In this document: positions 24,190 through 36,442 of the stretch, in pieces | How the letters are laid out: each line of letters opens with the position of its first letter | Position numbering within the stretch: the stretch's first letter is position 1 | Source of the DNA: Chrysomallon squamiferum | Lineage: Eukaryota; Animalia; Mollusca | NCBI GenBank assembly: GCA_012295275.1 | Contig: CM022677.1 | Span: forward strand, 14,818,001 to 14,882,000 | Direction of reading: 5' to 3' | DNA: 64,000 nucleotides | The notes under the pieces: model-generated | What the model saw: the letters and a program-made list of their open reading frames with translations, nothing else | Database searches by the model: none | Told to the model about the DNA's origin: nothing | Position numbers and translations under genes: made by a program

Positions 24190-26068
24190 CATCAACCAAG
24201 CCAAAGAGACACACCAACATAAAATACTAAGCATGACAGTACACAATAACAATCAAAACATCGACATAATTAATATATACAGCCCACCCACTCCCACACT
24301 ACACACCTTAAACCCACAACTTAAACAAAATGATAACAACAAACAAGAAGCTCATTATAGTGGGCAATTTCAACTGTCACAACACCTTATGGGGTGGCTC
24401 AACAGACAACAGTCCTGGAATCATCCTAGAAAATTTCATACAGCAAAACCAGCTGTTCTGTCTGAACGATGGAACACACGTACACCAGCGACATCAATGG
24501 TGACCAATCCCCCATTGATCCAATATTCACAAGTAAGGACATCACAGTGCTCTGTGAATGGCAAGTGCTCAATGAATTAAACAGCAACCTTCACCTAATA
24601 CTCACCAGCAAGAACACTTTCTCAGACAGAGCCATTTTCACACTCAAATGGAACTTCAAGAAAGCGGACTGGTAAGGCTTCTATAAAGCATGCAGAAACA
24701 TCACCAAACAGAACCCCAATGACATCAACACCTACTGCACATCACTCACCAACACGATATACTCCACTGCAAACAAATTCATACCCAAAACCAGACAATG
24801 CACTGGTGAAGTTTCCAACCTAATAAGAACACTCTGAATTCTTTTGCAACAACATCAACCACAAAACATCAGTCAAAGACATGTGGGCCAAAGTAAAAAT
24901 CATCCAAGGAAAAATTCCCCACAGAATCAACACTCTCAGCAAAAACAACATCACATTCACAGACAAACAAAAAGCAGACCTACTCAGCAAAACCTTCGCC
25001 AAGTCCAGCAGCAACTCGAACTTCCCACTGAAATTCACAAAGAGAATACTGGACAACCCAACAATCGACAAACATTCCGCAGACACAGAACACTTGAAAT
25101 ACAATCAACTCTTCAACATCAGCGAATTAAAACATGCACTCAAAAACAAGAAAAGTACTGCCACGGGGCCAGATAAAATAAGCTACACAATACTACAATA
25201 CCTACCAGATGAAATACTACTCTTCATATTCAATCTCTACAACACAATATGGACCACAGGCAAAATTCAGAAAAAACAGGAAACACGCCGAATGTTTCAG
25301 CTTGCCCAAACCACACAAAGATCACTCACTACCCAACAGCTACAGACCGATCATGCTGATGTCACACATGTGCATGGTATGGAGGGAAGGACTGCTCGTC
25401 AAATTAATCAACAACAACATCAAAGGCAACATGTTCAACTTCATTAAAGACTTTATCAACAACAGATCCGTAGCAGTCAAAGTGAACAGTCACACCTCAG
25501 AGAAAACGACAGTCGACAATGGCATCCCACAAGGATCCGTGATCTCTCCAACACTCTTCAACATCTACATCAATGACATCGTCACAGCACTCGACACCAA
25601 AAATCAACCAACTGAACCAATAAACACAGCACTCTTTGCAGACGACTGCGACTTTTGGCGTGCAGGCAGAAACAAATACAAAAAGACCTAAACAACATAA
25701 ACGACTGAACATTGAAATGGGGCATAAAGATTTCTCTTTCCAAAACGACATACCTCCTTTTCAACAAAAAAACAGGCAACAACAAAATCACACTAAACAT
25801 CAACCACAACGTCATAACACAAACCAAAACATTCACATTTCTAGCCAACATTCAACAGCCAACTCAACTTCGGATGACACATACACAACATAATTGCATC
25901 CTGCAAAAAAACACTCTATCTTCTAAAGCTAATTTCCGGAACCAGTTGGGGAGCAAATGAGTCAATGCTAATTCTGATATACAAATCATGTATTCTCTCC
26001 AGGCTCGACTATGGAGCCATGGCTTACTTGAATGCTCCCGAACACTCTTTAACAAAAACTAGAGGCAT
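24190..26068 (+). mobile_element. Decayed non-LTR retrotransposon ORF2 (APE endonuclease plus RT), I/Nimb/Ingi-like clade
   Basis: Endonuclease motifs IINIYSPP, IVGNFNCHNTLWG, LNDG, SPID, KWNFKKADW. RT motifs ATGPDKISY, PKPHKD...SYRPI, GIPQGSVISPTLFNIYINDI, LFADD, then WGAN...IYKSCILSRLDYG. There are frameshifts, an internal deletion between SHMC and VWREG, and a 3' truncation. Confidence 0.92.
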
Positions 26069-26692
26069 ATATCTACATTTCAAACTACTGACCTACTGAC
26101 CTACCTACCTATCTGTCTCTCTGTGTGTCTGCTATATGTTAGATTACATATAACCTACTGAACTACCTACTATCTAAATATATCTATTGAACTACTGACC
26201 TACCTTCCTGTCTGTTTATCTATCCACATTACAGATCGATAACTATCCTTCAATCATCTATCCAACTCCCTGTCACACTGCCTAGCTACATATCTAACTA
26301 AGCCTAGATAGCTACATTACAACCTGTGTATTTTACTGTGTGTCTACACTCTCAGCCTGGCACACAAACACACATGACAGAAAGAAGAAAACACAGAATA
26401 GATAGATAGACACTGACATGTTTGTCTATCTGCCTAAATTCATCTACATCCATCAATTCATTTTTTAACTTCTACTGATCTAACTGTCTATCAGTCTGTC
26501 AACATCTCTCTCTCTTTCTTTCTGTTTATCTTCCTGTTTATCTCTTTACCTGTTAATCTCCCATCAGACAGTCAGTCTCATATCTGTCAATCATCTTAAC
26601 TTCTTCTGCACTAATTTCTAATTTGTAATGTAGAAACACACAGATCTTTTGCACTGTCATTAGTCATTACATATTTGAATTTTTTCTGTTCC

Positions 26693-26847
26693 CTTCCATA
26701 ATAACTAAGAATCATCCACTGTTAACTATTGGAGAATAATCAATCCACACTGATGTGTATTGTCAACAACTTCCATAATAACTAAGAATCATCCACTGTT
26801 AACTATTGGAGAATAATCAATCAACATTGATGTGTATTGACAACAAC
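26693..26847. repeat. Tandem duplication, period 77 bp
   Basis: cttccataataactaagaatcatccactgttaactattggagaataatcaatc occurs at 26693 and 26770. Confidence 0.92.
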
Positions 26848-27152
26848 CTCTCTGTCTGGAAACTGCTTTGGAATGAAAAATCCTTAATATAACCTTTATA
26901 GTCTTCTCCATATTCTTGTAACTGAAGCTGATTCCAGAATCATGTCTTTCCTGTAGATACAATAATAAAATTTAATAGAATAATTATTTAGAAGTATTTT
27001 TCCATTGTGTTTTATTGTCTGTAATGTTAGAAAGACATTATTATAAATAAATATCATCTGTCTTATTATAATAGGGTTTAATAATAAATAACAAATAATT
27101 TAAATAAAAATTTAGATATCTAAAAAAAAAGGATCAATTCAACTAAAAAAAG

Positions 27153-27950
27153 TGTGTTTTATAAAGATAATTGAAAATATTTCTTTATGAAAAATGTTCT
27201 AATACTAAACAAGAAGAATGCATTGATTAGAATGCGTTATCATCAGCCTATGAAAAATGTAAGGCATTTTAGTTAAATAACTAATTTTTAACTAATTTTT
27301 TTGTACCACCTCTAATGAATTGAATATGGAAATAAATATTAAAATAAAAAATTATAAATGATTTCAAGTACTGTTTTACAACAACGTACTCAGAGTTGTC
27401 AGCTATGCAGTTTTAGCAGAGTAACGTTTCCACATTATGGTAATATTCATCTGCCAATTTGAGTGAAAATTATTTATTTTATTTTATTTTATTATTATTA
27501 TTATTATTATTATTATATTGTTGTTTGTTGTTGTTTTTTTTTTTGGCTGGCGACGTCTTTATAATAACTGAAAAAAAAATATCTAAGTAAATCAATAAAT
27601 GAAAAAAAAAAATAGTACGAAATGGGTACAAGATGGTATGACGTCAAAATCATACACACACCCAATTAATAATAATAATATAAAAAAAAAAAATGTTTCG
27701 ACCTTTTCAGCAATTACTACTCAATAACAGACATCTATGTATAAGCCGCATTGGTTATATGATATATTTCTCCAAGTTACCTCTAATAATCCATGTAGAA
27801 TTGATTGCATTATGAAGGAATTCGTGTTTAAATGTTTGTAAACACTGAACGGCGTTCGACGCTGCCATCTTGGATTTCCATCGGAAGTTTCCGTGCCCGA
27901 TCGGCGTAATTTGTGCCGTTACCAGTAATCGTTCCTGATGGTCCATGCTA
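27153..27950 (-). mobile_element. Older inverted copy of the hAT-like non-autonomous element at 57286-58495
   Basis: Reverse-complement similarity across several blocks (e.g. ctactcaataaYagacatctatgtata, atcggaagtttccgtg, cgtaatttRtgccgttac...tcgttcctg). It ends in ggtccatgcta at 27950, the TIR TAGCATGGACC. The left boundary is approximate. Confidence 0.78.
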
Positions 27951-30246
27951 CCAAAAGTATTCTACTCGAAATTGTAGTCGAATTTACAATATGTTGACGG
28001 TCTGACTTTGCTTTTATTATTTTTTGAAACTTTTATTATTAAATAGCTTTCAAATAATATCCTAAATATGGTGTATTGGATATGTGCAAATATACAAAAC
28101 ATTTCAAATAAAAACAAAATAAATCAAAAAAAATAAATCAAAAATAAAGGAACTGGTTGTTTAAAAGACAAATAAAACGCAGGGAATGTTAATAAGCCGG
28201 TTCTGTTTGCTATACAATAGTATGCAAAATTAGTTTTTTTCATCTAAAAGCAGCAAATCTGATTTATCGTTACCTCGCATTTGCGAGGGGTGATCTATTT
28301 CAGAAGTTCGTGGTCTACGGGAAATAACTCTATTTAACACATTGGTAAATATACAAAAAAGACTGAGTGTTGAGTAAACTATATATATATATATATAAAG
28401 AAAAAAAGACAAAAACAAAAAAGAAGAAATCACCAGGAATAATCATTTCTTACTCTTTTCTTTTCTCCTTGTTTCAGTATTCTTTATTAATTATTATTTT
28501 ATTTATCATTTTAATTAGTATTATTGTAGTTATTGTTGTTGTTTTTGTCGTTAATGTCGTTATGTAACATATTATTGCTGTCGTCATTATAAACAAAGAA
28601 ACAGTTATAATAGATAAATAGATTAGACACACACACACACACACACAAACGTATTATTATTATTACTTGTTTTTGGTTTGTTTGTTAATTAAGTTAATTA
28701 ATTTGCGTTTTATCTCATAGAAAACTTAGCTTGTCCATGTGAAAAATGTTCTTGTTCAAGTAAATGTAACTCAGTTTTCACCATCCTTCTCACGTTTTCA
28801 ATATTAACGCTACGTCTTATTTCTCTCCAGATTATTTCTAGTTGAACATTAATTGTCTAATTATGAATTTATTTTAACAGTGGATAATAGAATATTACTT
28901 CCTTGTATAGTCTCCCAATAGTTAATTAAGAATTAATCTGTAACAGCGCAGTTACAGAACTTGTCTTATAATATACATGGTTCATCTCCCTTTTCTCGCC
29001 TTTTTACTTTATTTTTAATAATGCCTGTTTAACGTTTCTCAATATTCTAGACTATTCAAGTATTTATGCAAGATAAATATCAACAATATGGAGAAGCTAA
29101 TTTATCTTAAAGTCGCCTGACTTTTTCGTGTTTTTTTTTTTCTCTTCCGAATAATAGAATAAAGTACCATTTCTATAAAACTAGACAAAGCGTTGTGTAT
29201 ATTTTACAAATATAATTGTTCTAATAATAATAACAGTGACGTGCAAAAGATGAAGATGATTTCAATAATCATATCCATAAATGTTTATTTTTAATTCAAC
29301 TCGTTCTGGTAATTAACTTTTGACAAGTATATATTAAGAAATGTGGTATTTGTTCGTCCTTATTTATTTATTTATTTGTTTTGCGAAAAGAAACGTTTGG
29401 GTGTTAAACTTGCAAAAACAATGCCTGGGCTTTTTCAGACGTGTAGCTGACTGTCTGGATAACATGTGTTTTAAGTAATAAAAACCATGTAACATAGTTT
29501 TGTTTTTCAAATCGTATTTGAGTATCTACTGAAACACGAAACTTTGAAGTTTTCTAGACGTAATTTGTGATGCTGGACTATAAACAAATAAGATTTCAGT
29601 TTTATATGAATAAACTGAGGTGCAACCAAAAATAGAATGATGTAGAAGAAAAAATACCACTATTTATTACTGATTATTTTTCTTAAATAAATTAATTAAT
29701 TAATTTAATTTTAAAATCGACTGCACAATTTAAATCATGGATGTTGGATATTAATGTTATATGCATTACATATGTATTTCAGTTTAATCTGACATTTTAA
29801 AAGATTCAGGAAAGATTTTATTGATCACTGGAGAAGTAAGATTAGTATTTACTTGAAAGTAAAGCCATGCAGTAAATGCTATGTTTCGTCTATCTAACTG
29901 TTCATATCCTCATACCATAAAACACTAACTCAGGAGGTTAGGCATGTTTTCTATGATGTAACTTACAAAGTTTAATATTTTCATCTTTTTATTATCATTT
30001 TCATATATTTTTCCCCACAAATTATTTCAATTAAACAGAAAATACAGATTATAAAAAATTGGAAACAATTTTCATTTGCAAATTTCTGAATTTTTTAAAA
30101 TTTTTAATCGCTGTTATTCTTATTTATCAGTCTAACCTTGCGCCCACTCAACTTCTCCTTTGTATTTCATACAGTTTTACAAAAGATTATTAATCTGTAT
30201 GTTTCTCTATATTCTTACCTTCTGCTAGAAGCAGAACACGTTAGAA

Positions 30247-30950
30247 GGCGCAATATTAACGTCATAAATTATATATCACTACACATTAAAATGATAATTT
30301 CAAGTAAGAACATCGATTATAGAGAATACCTGTATTTTGGGAAATACAGAGCGTAATATAGAGTTTAATTTAAAAATTTTAAATTTTTATTTTAGTTATT
30401 ATTATTATTACTATTATTATTATTATTTATAAAAAAATAGAAGAAAATTTAAATGATATTCCATTATGTATACAAAGAGCCCAGTTTACTATAAAGCATA
30501 ACATAATTATAAAATAAGATAGTTTTAATTAAGGATACTGCTAATTAAACGAATACACATCATATTAATTGTAAACAAGTACAAATAAAGTGATATTTTT
30601 AATTAAGTATACCGTTGTATACACGAATAAATTATATAACATCACATAATTATAAGCAAGTAAAAATAAATGACAGTTTTACTTAAGAATGTCGCTACTT
30701 ACACTGATAATGTTGCCCCTCAGTTATAAAAATTAATTTTAATAACTATTTATGTACTGCCTTTTGTTTCTCAGTTTAGAATAAATCTGAAAATGTTGCT
30801 GAGTTTCAGATTAATCAAATTATTTCTCATAGTAAACAAATCGTCGAATTAAATTAGATGAGTTTATTAACTTTTATTAAGTGAATTTGACAAACTTCAG
30901 CTGAGCGAATTTTTGCGGATTTTGGATATGTCTTCAGAAAAAAGAAAAGA

Positions 30951-30990
<40 letters not shown>

Positions 30991-32743
30991 TATATATATA
31001 TATATTGCAATTTGTGCTGGATCATATGAACTGCCACATACTATTAAAGAATCTACTGTTATCTTTCAGGATACCATTCAGTATATTCTGTGGATCAAGC
31101 TAATAAGATTAAATCCTAGTTAGACAGTGATGGCGTGTAAAAATTAAGCAGCGAAAATTATCAGTGCAAATAGTGCATTGTCATAATAAAAACACTACGT
31201 TACTTTTGCCGTGTAAAATCACAGTTGCTAATGAACTAACATTTTTATCTGGTTGCGATATTTTATTCCTGAATATTCACTGTACTTCTCAACTAGAAAT
31301 ATCAAGATGAATATCACTTCACATATAATTAATTATTTGCTATTATCTAACAATGTAACCTCAGCTTTTCTATACTCACCTGTCTAGAAAAAGAAAATCA
31401 ATATTTAATTATCAGTACAATCTCAGGTGCACCTAAAAACTAATCCAGATTTTGTTTGACGCTATTCTGTTAGTTTCATTAGAACTGTTGTGAGAACGGA
31501 TTTTATTAGGCCGCGTAATGTTATCAGAGAAAGATTTCGTCGAGTTAAAAACTAAATACAAGTATAAAATAATAATAAATGATGATTTATTTATAATATA
31601 ATTAAATGAGAAATTATGAAATCATATCAAAAATACTCAGTTGTATCAATATACATTTAATCATATCACAATATATTTAATTATATCAAAATATATTTAA
31701 TCATATCAAAAAATTGTTAATTATATCAAAAATACTTAATTATATCAAAATATATTTCATCATATGAAAATATATTTCACTGATTACTTATAAATTGATT
31801 TATTTATAATATACTTAAATGAGAAACGTGAACTTTTATAGAACAGTGATTTTTAACTAAAGTGTACCGCTATTAGCACTGATAATTTTACCCACTGATT
31901 TCAAAATAAGAAGCAATTTTAATATATTGTCTTATTAGAGATTATCGGTTATATTAGTGTATAAATATGGAATTTCATTCTCGATTAACTATATATATAT
32001 GTATACATCTGTAATTATCAATATAACCTGTGGTGTAATACTAGTTTCCGACTTTTAAAATGAATATCAAAATATATTTGCCTTAAACATTTTATTTGCT
32101 ACCATGTGTCCACATACTAACCTTTTAATTAACGGTTCTATTTTGTAAAATCTTCAGAATATTAAATATGTATTATCTGCGAGTGTATATACATCCATAT
32201 GTACCTGTCTTCATAAAAAAAAAAGAGTAAAATTATGCTATTTAAATTTATTTTTCTGAATCTGAATGTATAAGTAAAATACCTTTTGTAAACTTAGATT
32301 ACAAATGTGTTACAAGTTTTTGGAAGAGATGTGTATTGCATTCGTAACAGTTCATTCAAATTTATCTTAAAAGACATAAATATCGAAAAACAAGGCAATA
32401 ACAGAAAATGAAAACATTATATTTATTTTAAAAGATATCAAAATTAGTAATTATAACAAGTGTAAGTTAAATAGATATTTCTCTGTACAGAAATGTTTAC
32501 TCTCAAAAGTGTACTGAGATTGCCAGCATCCTATTCCCTGTATAAAATCCAGAATTTTCACCTGCTTAATAAAATAAATGTTTTACTGTATATAAATAAG
32601 ACTTAAGAACATAAATTTCATGTAATAATTAAATGTAGATCAATAAATATCAGAATAACCTGTGTAATATAAGTTCTTGCTAAAGAAAAAGAAACGGAGA
32701 TATATGAGAAAGAGAAACATAAATAAATAAATAAATAAATAAA

Positions 32744-32783
<40 letters not shown>

Positions 32784-33052
32784 GTAGTAGTAATAATGAT
32801 AAAAACAATAGTAATACAATTCTACTATTACTACTACTACTAGTAATAATAGTGGTAAAACAAAAAAGCATCTCTTATACCACATTTTTTAAGAAAGGTT
32901 CAATTTTTTGTTTTTCACCTGCCATTTGACATCCAAAGTATTATTTCCTTTCCAGTCAGAGTATGAACACGTTCACTAAAAAATAAAAACAATAAAAATT
33001 AATAGTAAGAAATTAAAATAAAATGAAATATGAATGAAATGTTGAATAAAAG

Positions 33053-33116
<64 letters not shown>

Positions 33117-33140
33117 CTCACATTTTTAACAATGCTGTTA
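30247..33140 (+). repeat. Segmental duplication copy B (paralog of 8986-12120), containing a ~20-bp tandem array at about 31615-31780
   Basis: Same collinear blocks as copy A, with large indels. The (atttaatcatatcaaaatat)n-like insert is flanked by a ~31-bp direct repeat (about 31583 and 31796) that is single in copy A. Confidence 0.85.
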
Positions 33141-33330
33141 TGGTTAATCTATAAACTAACAGGCTCAGAGATCACATCCTGGCCTCAGCTTATTTTCAGA
33201 ATTAATTATAGTAATGTAAAATTACTAAGCTGTCTGTTTAATATACTAACACTATTCTGAGAAAATATCTAAAATGTGCTTAGACTATATTTTTACAGAG
33301 TATCACCTAAAAATATTTGTTAGCAAAGCT

Positions 33331-33388
<58 letters not shown>

Positions 33389-33523
33389 TTCAGTTTAATA
33401 TCATGAAAGTATCTCTTTAGAAAATAAAATTTAATTTATACTGTTTTTAATAATTAATAAATTAATAATTTAATAAATAAATAAATAAAAACATCTACAT
33501 TGTTTATATAAACATTAGTTTAA

Positions 33524-33732
33524 CCAATCAGATACTGAGATTCCGGGCACCTGCCATCGTATTTGGCTCGGGTTTTGTGACGTCAATTATGCGCTGTGAC
33601 GACAGTGTTATTGGCGTCCCTACACAAAGCTGGTGGAAGTTGCGTAAACAAACTTTCGTAAAAGGAGCTAACATTCTTAAAATCTTTTAAAGTCACTTCA
33701 TCTGGTGAAATTGGTAATTTAATAAGGTAAGA
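33524..33732 (+). promoter_or_regulatory. CpG-rich promoter-like island with first-exon donor
   Basis: CCAAT at 33524-33528, TGACGTCA at 33578-33585, ATTGG at about 33610, and donor AAG|GTAAGA at 33727. Confidence 0.5.
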
Positions 33733-34185
33733 GTTTTTTCACTATTTAACTTACATAGGATCTTTGTTGCCCTATTCCCGGAGTATCTGCTATTGAGAAT
33801 CCAACGCATCCAGTAATATTAATTAATTTTAACTATCGTTCTTTCATTTAGTTGTGAGACTCGGCAAGAGAGATATTTGGCTATCACTGTTATACTGTTA
33901 CTAATTTATTACTTTATATAGTAAAATGTATTATAATATTACTGGTTAAGAAATTATATGTGTACTGATTTGGCACTTAGATGTTGTTATTTCCACCTGA
34001 CTTAAGGCAGTATTTTTAGAATGTAAATTTTCTTTACTAATAATAACTGATTAGGTTTGCATTGTGCAAATCGGAGTTCTTTAGTTAAATTAAACATCAG
34101 TTTTTCTTTCAAACATTTGACATTCTAGTTTTTATTGATTAAAAGCAAAACCATTATAAGAAATATTAAATTATCATCCTTTCAG

Positions 34186-34320
34186 TGTGGTTCCCCCTTG
34201 GATAAGAATATCTGATGGCCCATGACATATGTTACTTGCACAGATCTGAATTGTCAGGGTGTGTTCAAGGTGGTGCATGCCCAACCACATAAGCCTGTAT
34301 TGGAAGTTCATGTAACAGAG
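34186..34320 (+). pseudogene. 135-nt phase-0 exon with one in-frame TGA
   Basis: Bounded by cctttcag| and |gtgatt. Reads CGSPLDKNI*WPMTYVTCTDLNCQGVFKVVHAQPHKPVLEVHVTE; family not recognised. Confidence 0.4.
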
Positions 34321-36242
34321 GTGATTATTTTAATTTATATAGCAGAAAGAATTTTAGAATGACCAAGAATTAATTCCTGTGTCTGCTTTCACCAAAATTA
34401 TAAATTTAGTCATATCAATAAAGAAAGATGTCACAGACTTTTTTTACTGATAACTTGAGATAACACGACTAGCAGCAGAGCGAAAAAAAATCGAGTGTGT
34501 ATTTTATTAATAACACGTGTGTTTTCTAAGGGTAATGATGCCTGCATAATAAAAATAATAAAATATATAATGTTACTTGGATATTTTATTATGTAAACTG
34601 TGCGTCACAGAGATAGTCAGAGAAGGAAGTATTATTTTTCTATAAAGAGATGTAGAGAAATACGGAGAAATATAAATTAATGTGCTTTTTTAAGCTGGAG
34701 AAACTGCTCAAGAAAATAATTCTGAGATTTTTATTTTTATTTGTTTATTTATTTATTAAATATTTTTTAAAATTATGAGAAAATAAAAGTAAATATACTT
34801 CTACATTTTGACTTTAAAATATATTTCTATTTTAATAAATGACAAAGTTTTATAAGAAATATAATGTAAACTAATCTATAAATTTTGAATTAGTATTAAT
34901 TTGTATGCAATATTATTAATACATAATAAAAGTAACTATAAATATTAAGATAAAGTTAATGCACATGGCATTTTTTCTTCAAAACTATGAAAAGATATAA
35001 AGAGTTAATTAGATGTACACAATCTGCAACAATAATTAACATAATTCTTTAAGTTTACCAGAATTTCATGGACCACTTTCAAATTGGTGTGCATTCCACA
35101 GCGGGATGGTTAATCAGTAATTGAGTTGGACTGCGGCAGACCTTATAATGGTGCTGATTGGATGGATAAGTTTATTACAAATCAAATCATAGGTCATTGT
35201 TTTATAATTCAGCCAATTAGGTTTGGTGTTGGATTTGTGTTTGGAACTCTATCGGAAGGCGTGCGTGTTATTCATGTTGTTTTTTTGAGTAATGTATCGT
35301 ATTGTAAGTGTGGGCTTGACGATGGATTTTATCTTGGTACAGAGCGTTGTTCTTCATTTATTTTTTATTTGAAGACGCAGACCCAAAGTTACAAAACGTA
35401 CAGCAGATGAATGGATGAAATTAAAGCGTTAGCAGAATATAATAGATTTGGAAAAAGAAACAGTGATAGCGTTATCATTGCAGGAAAGTGAAGGGTCCAT
35501 CCTGATAAAGTGTTTAGTGAACTCGGCGTTGATGAAAGACGATAGAATGGCGACTTTGCTAACGAAAATATATAAAAGACGAACTTGCAGCCGTTTATGT
35601 TAGTGTTTAAGTTACCAGACGGAGCTGATTTGTGTCACAGAGAACAACTTTGTACTTACTGGTGCCGACTACAGCGATGTGATACATTTGTTGAAACAAG
35701 TCTGGCCAGTAGATGAGAACGACGATTCAAGAGTTGGATTGATTTATGTAGTGCAGGAAAATCAAATATTTTATACACAAAAGCGAAATGATCAGCATAT
35801 TGTGGAGCATTTCGAGGTTTATTTTAAAAAATAATAGTGAATTCAGATGTTCTTGACAGTGCATATAGTTCAACGGTTGCCAGTGAAAGCTGGATGAAAT
35901 GTCACTTGGATACTTTACACAGTAACTTAAACAAGTTAATAAAATGTTAGTGACACCGTTTTCAAACCTGGTGCAGGTAAATGCCTTAAATCAAAGAAAT
36001 AAGTAACAATTAATTGTGAAATAGTGGATGTAAAATGTAACATATCTGGTTGAAAGTGACATGCAATTATTTTTGGAAAAACCAGCAGTGAAAACTGCAA
36101 CGTAGTGTCAGATTTAGAGCATGATTCAAAACAACTTTTCTACACTATTACTGATAAGAAAAAAAGAAAATCAATTTAGAACTTCATAAACAGTTTTCTC
36201 ATCCTTTGAATCAAAGACTTGCAGTGTTATTAAAGGATGCAG

Positions 36243-36442
36243 NNNNNNNNNNNNNNNNNNNNNNNNNNNNNNNNNNNNNNNNNNNNNNNNNNNNNNNNNN
36301 NNNNNNNNNNNNNNNNNNNNNNNNNNNNNNNNNNNNNNNNNNNNNNNNNNNNNNNNNNNNNNNNNNNNNNNNNNNNNNNNNNNNNNNNNNNNNNNNNNNN
36401 NNNNNNNNNNNNNNNNNNNNNNNNNNNNNNNNNNNNNNNNNN
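36243..36442. other. Assembly gap (200 N)
   Basis: Run of N. Confidence 1.

Noticed and set aside
28273-28288. GC hairpin CCTCGCA-TT-TGCGAGG as a Helitron 3' end
   Set aside because: It is followed by CTAT rather than CTRR, and there is no second copy or 5' end in the window to support it.
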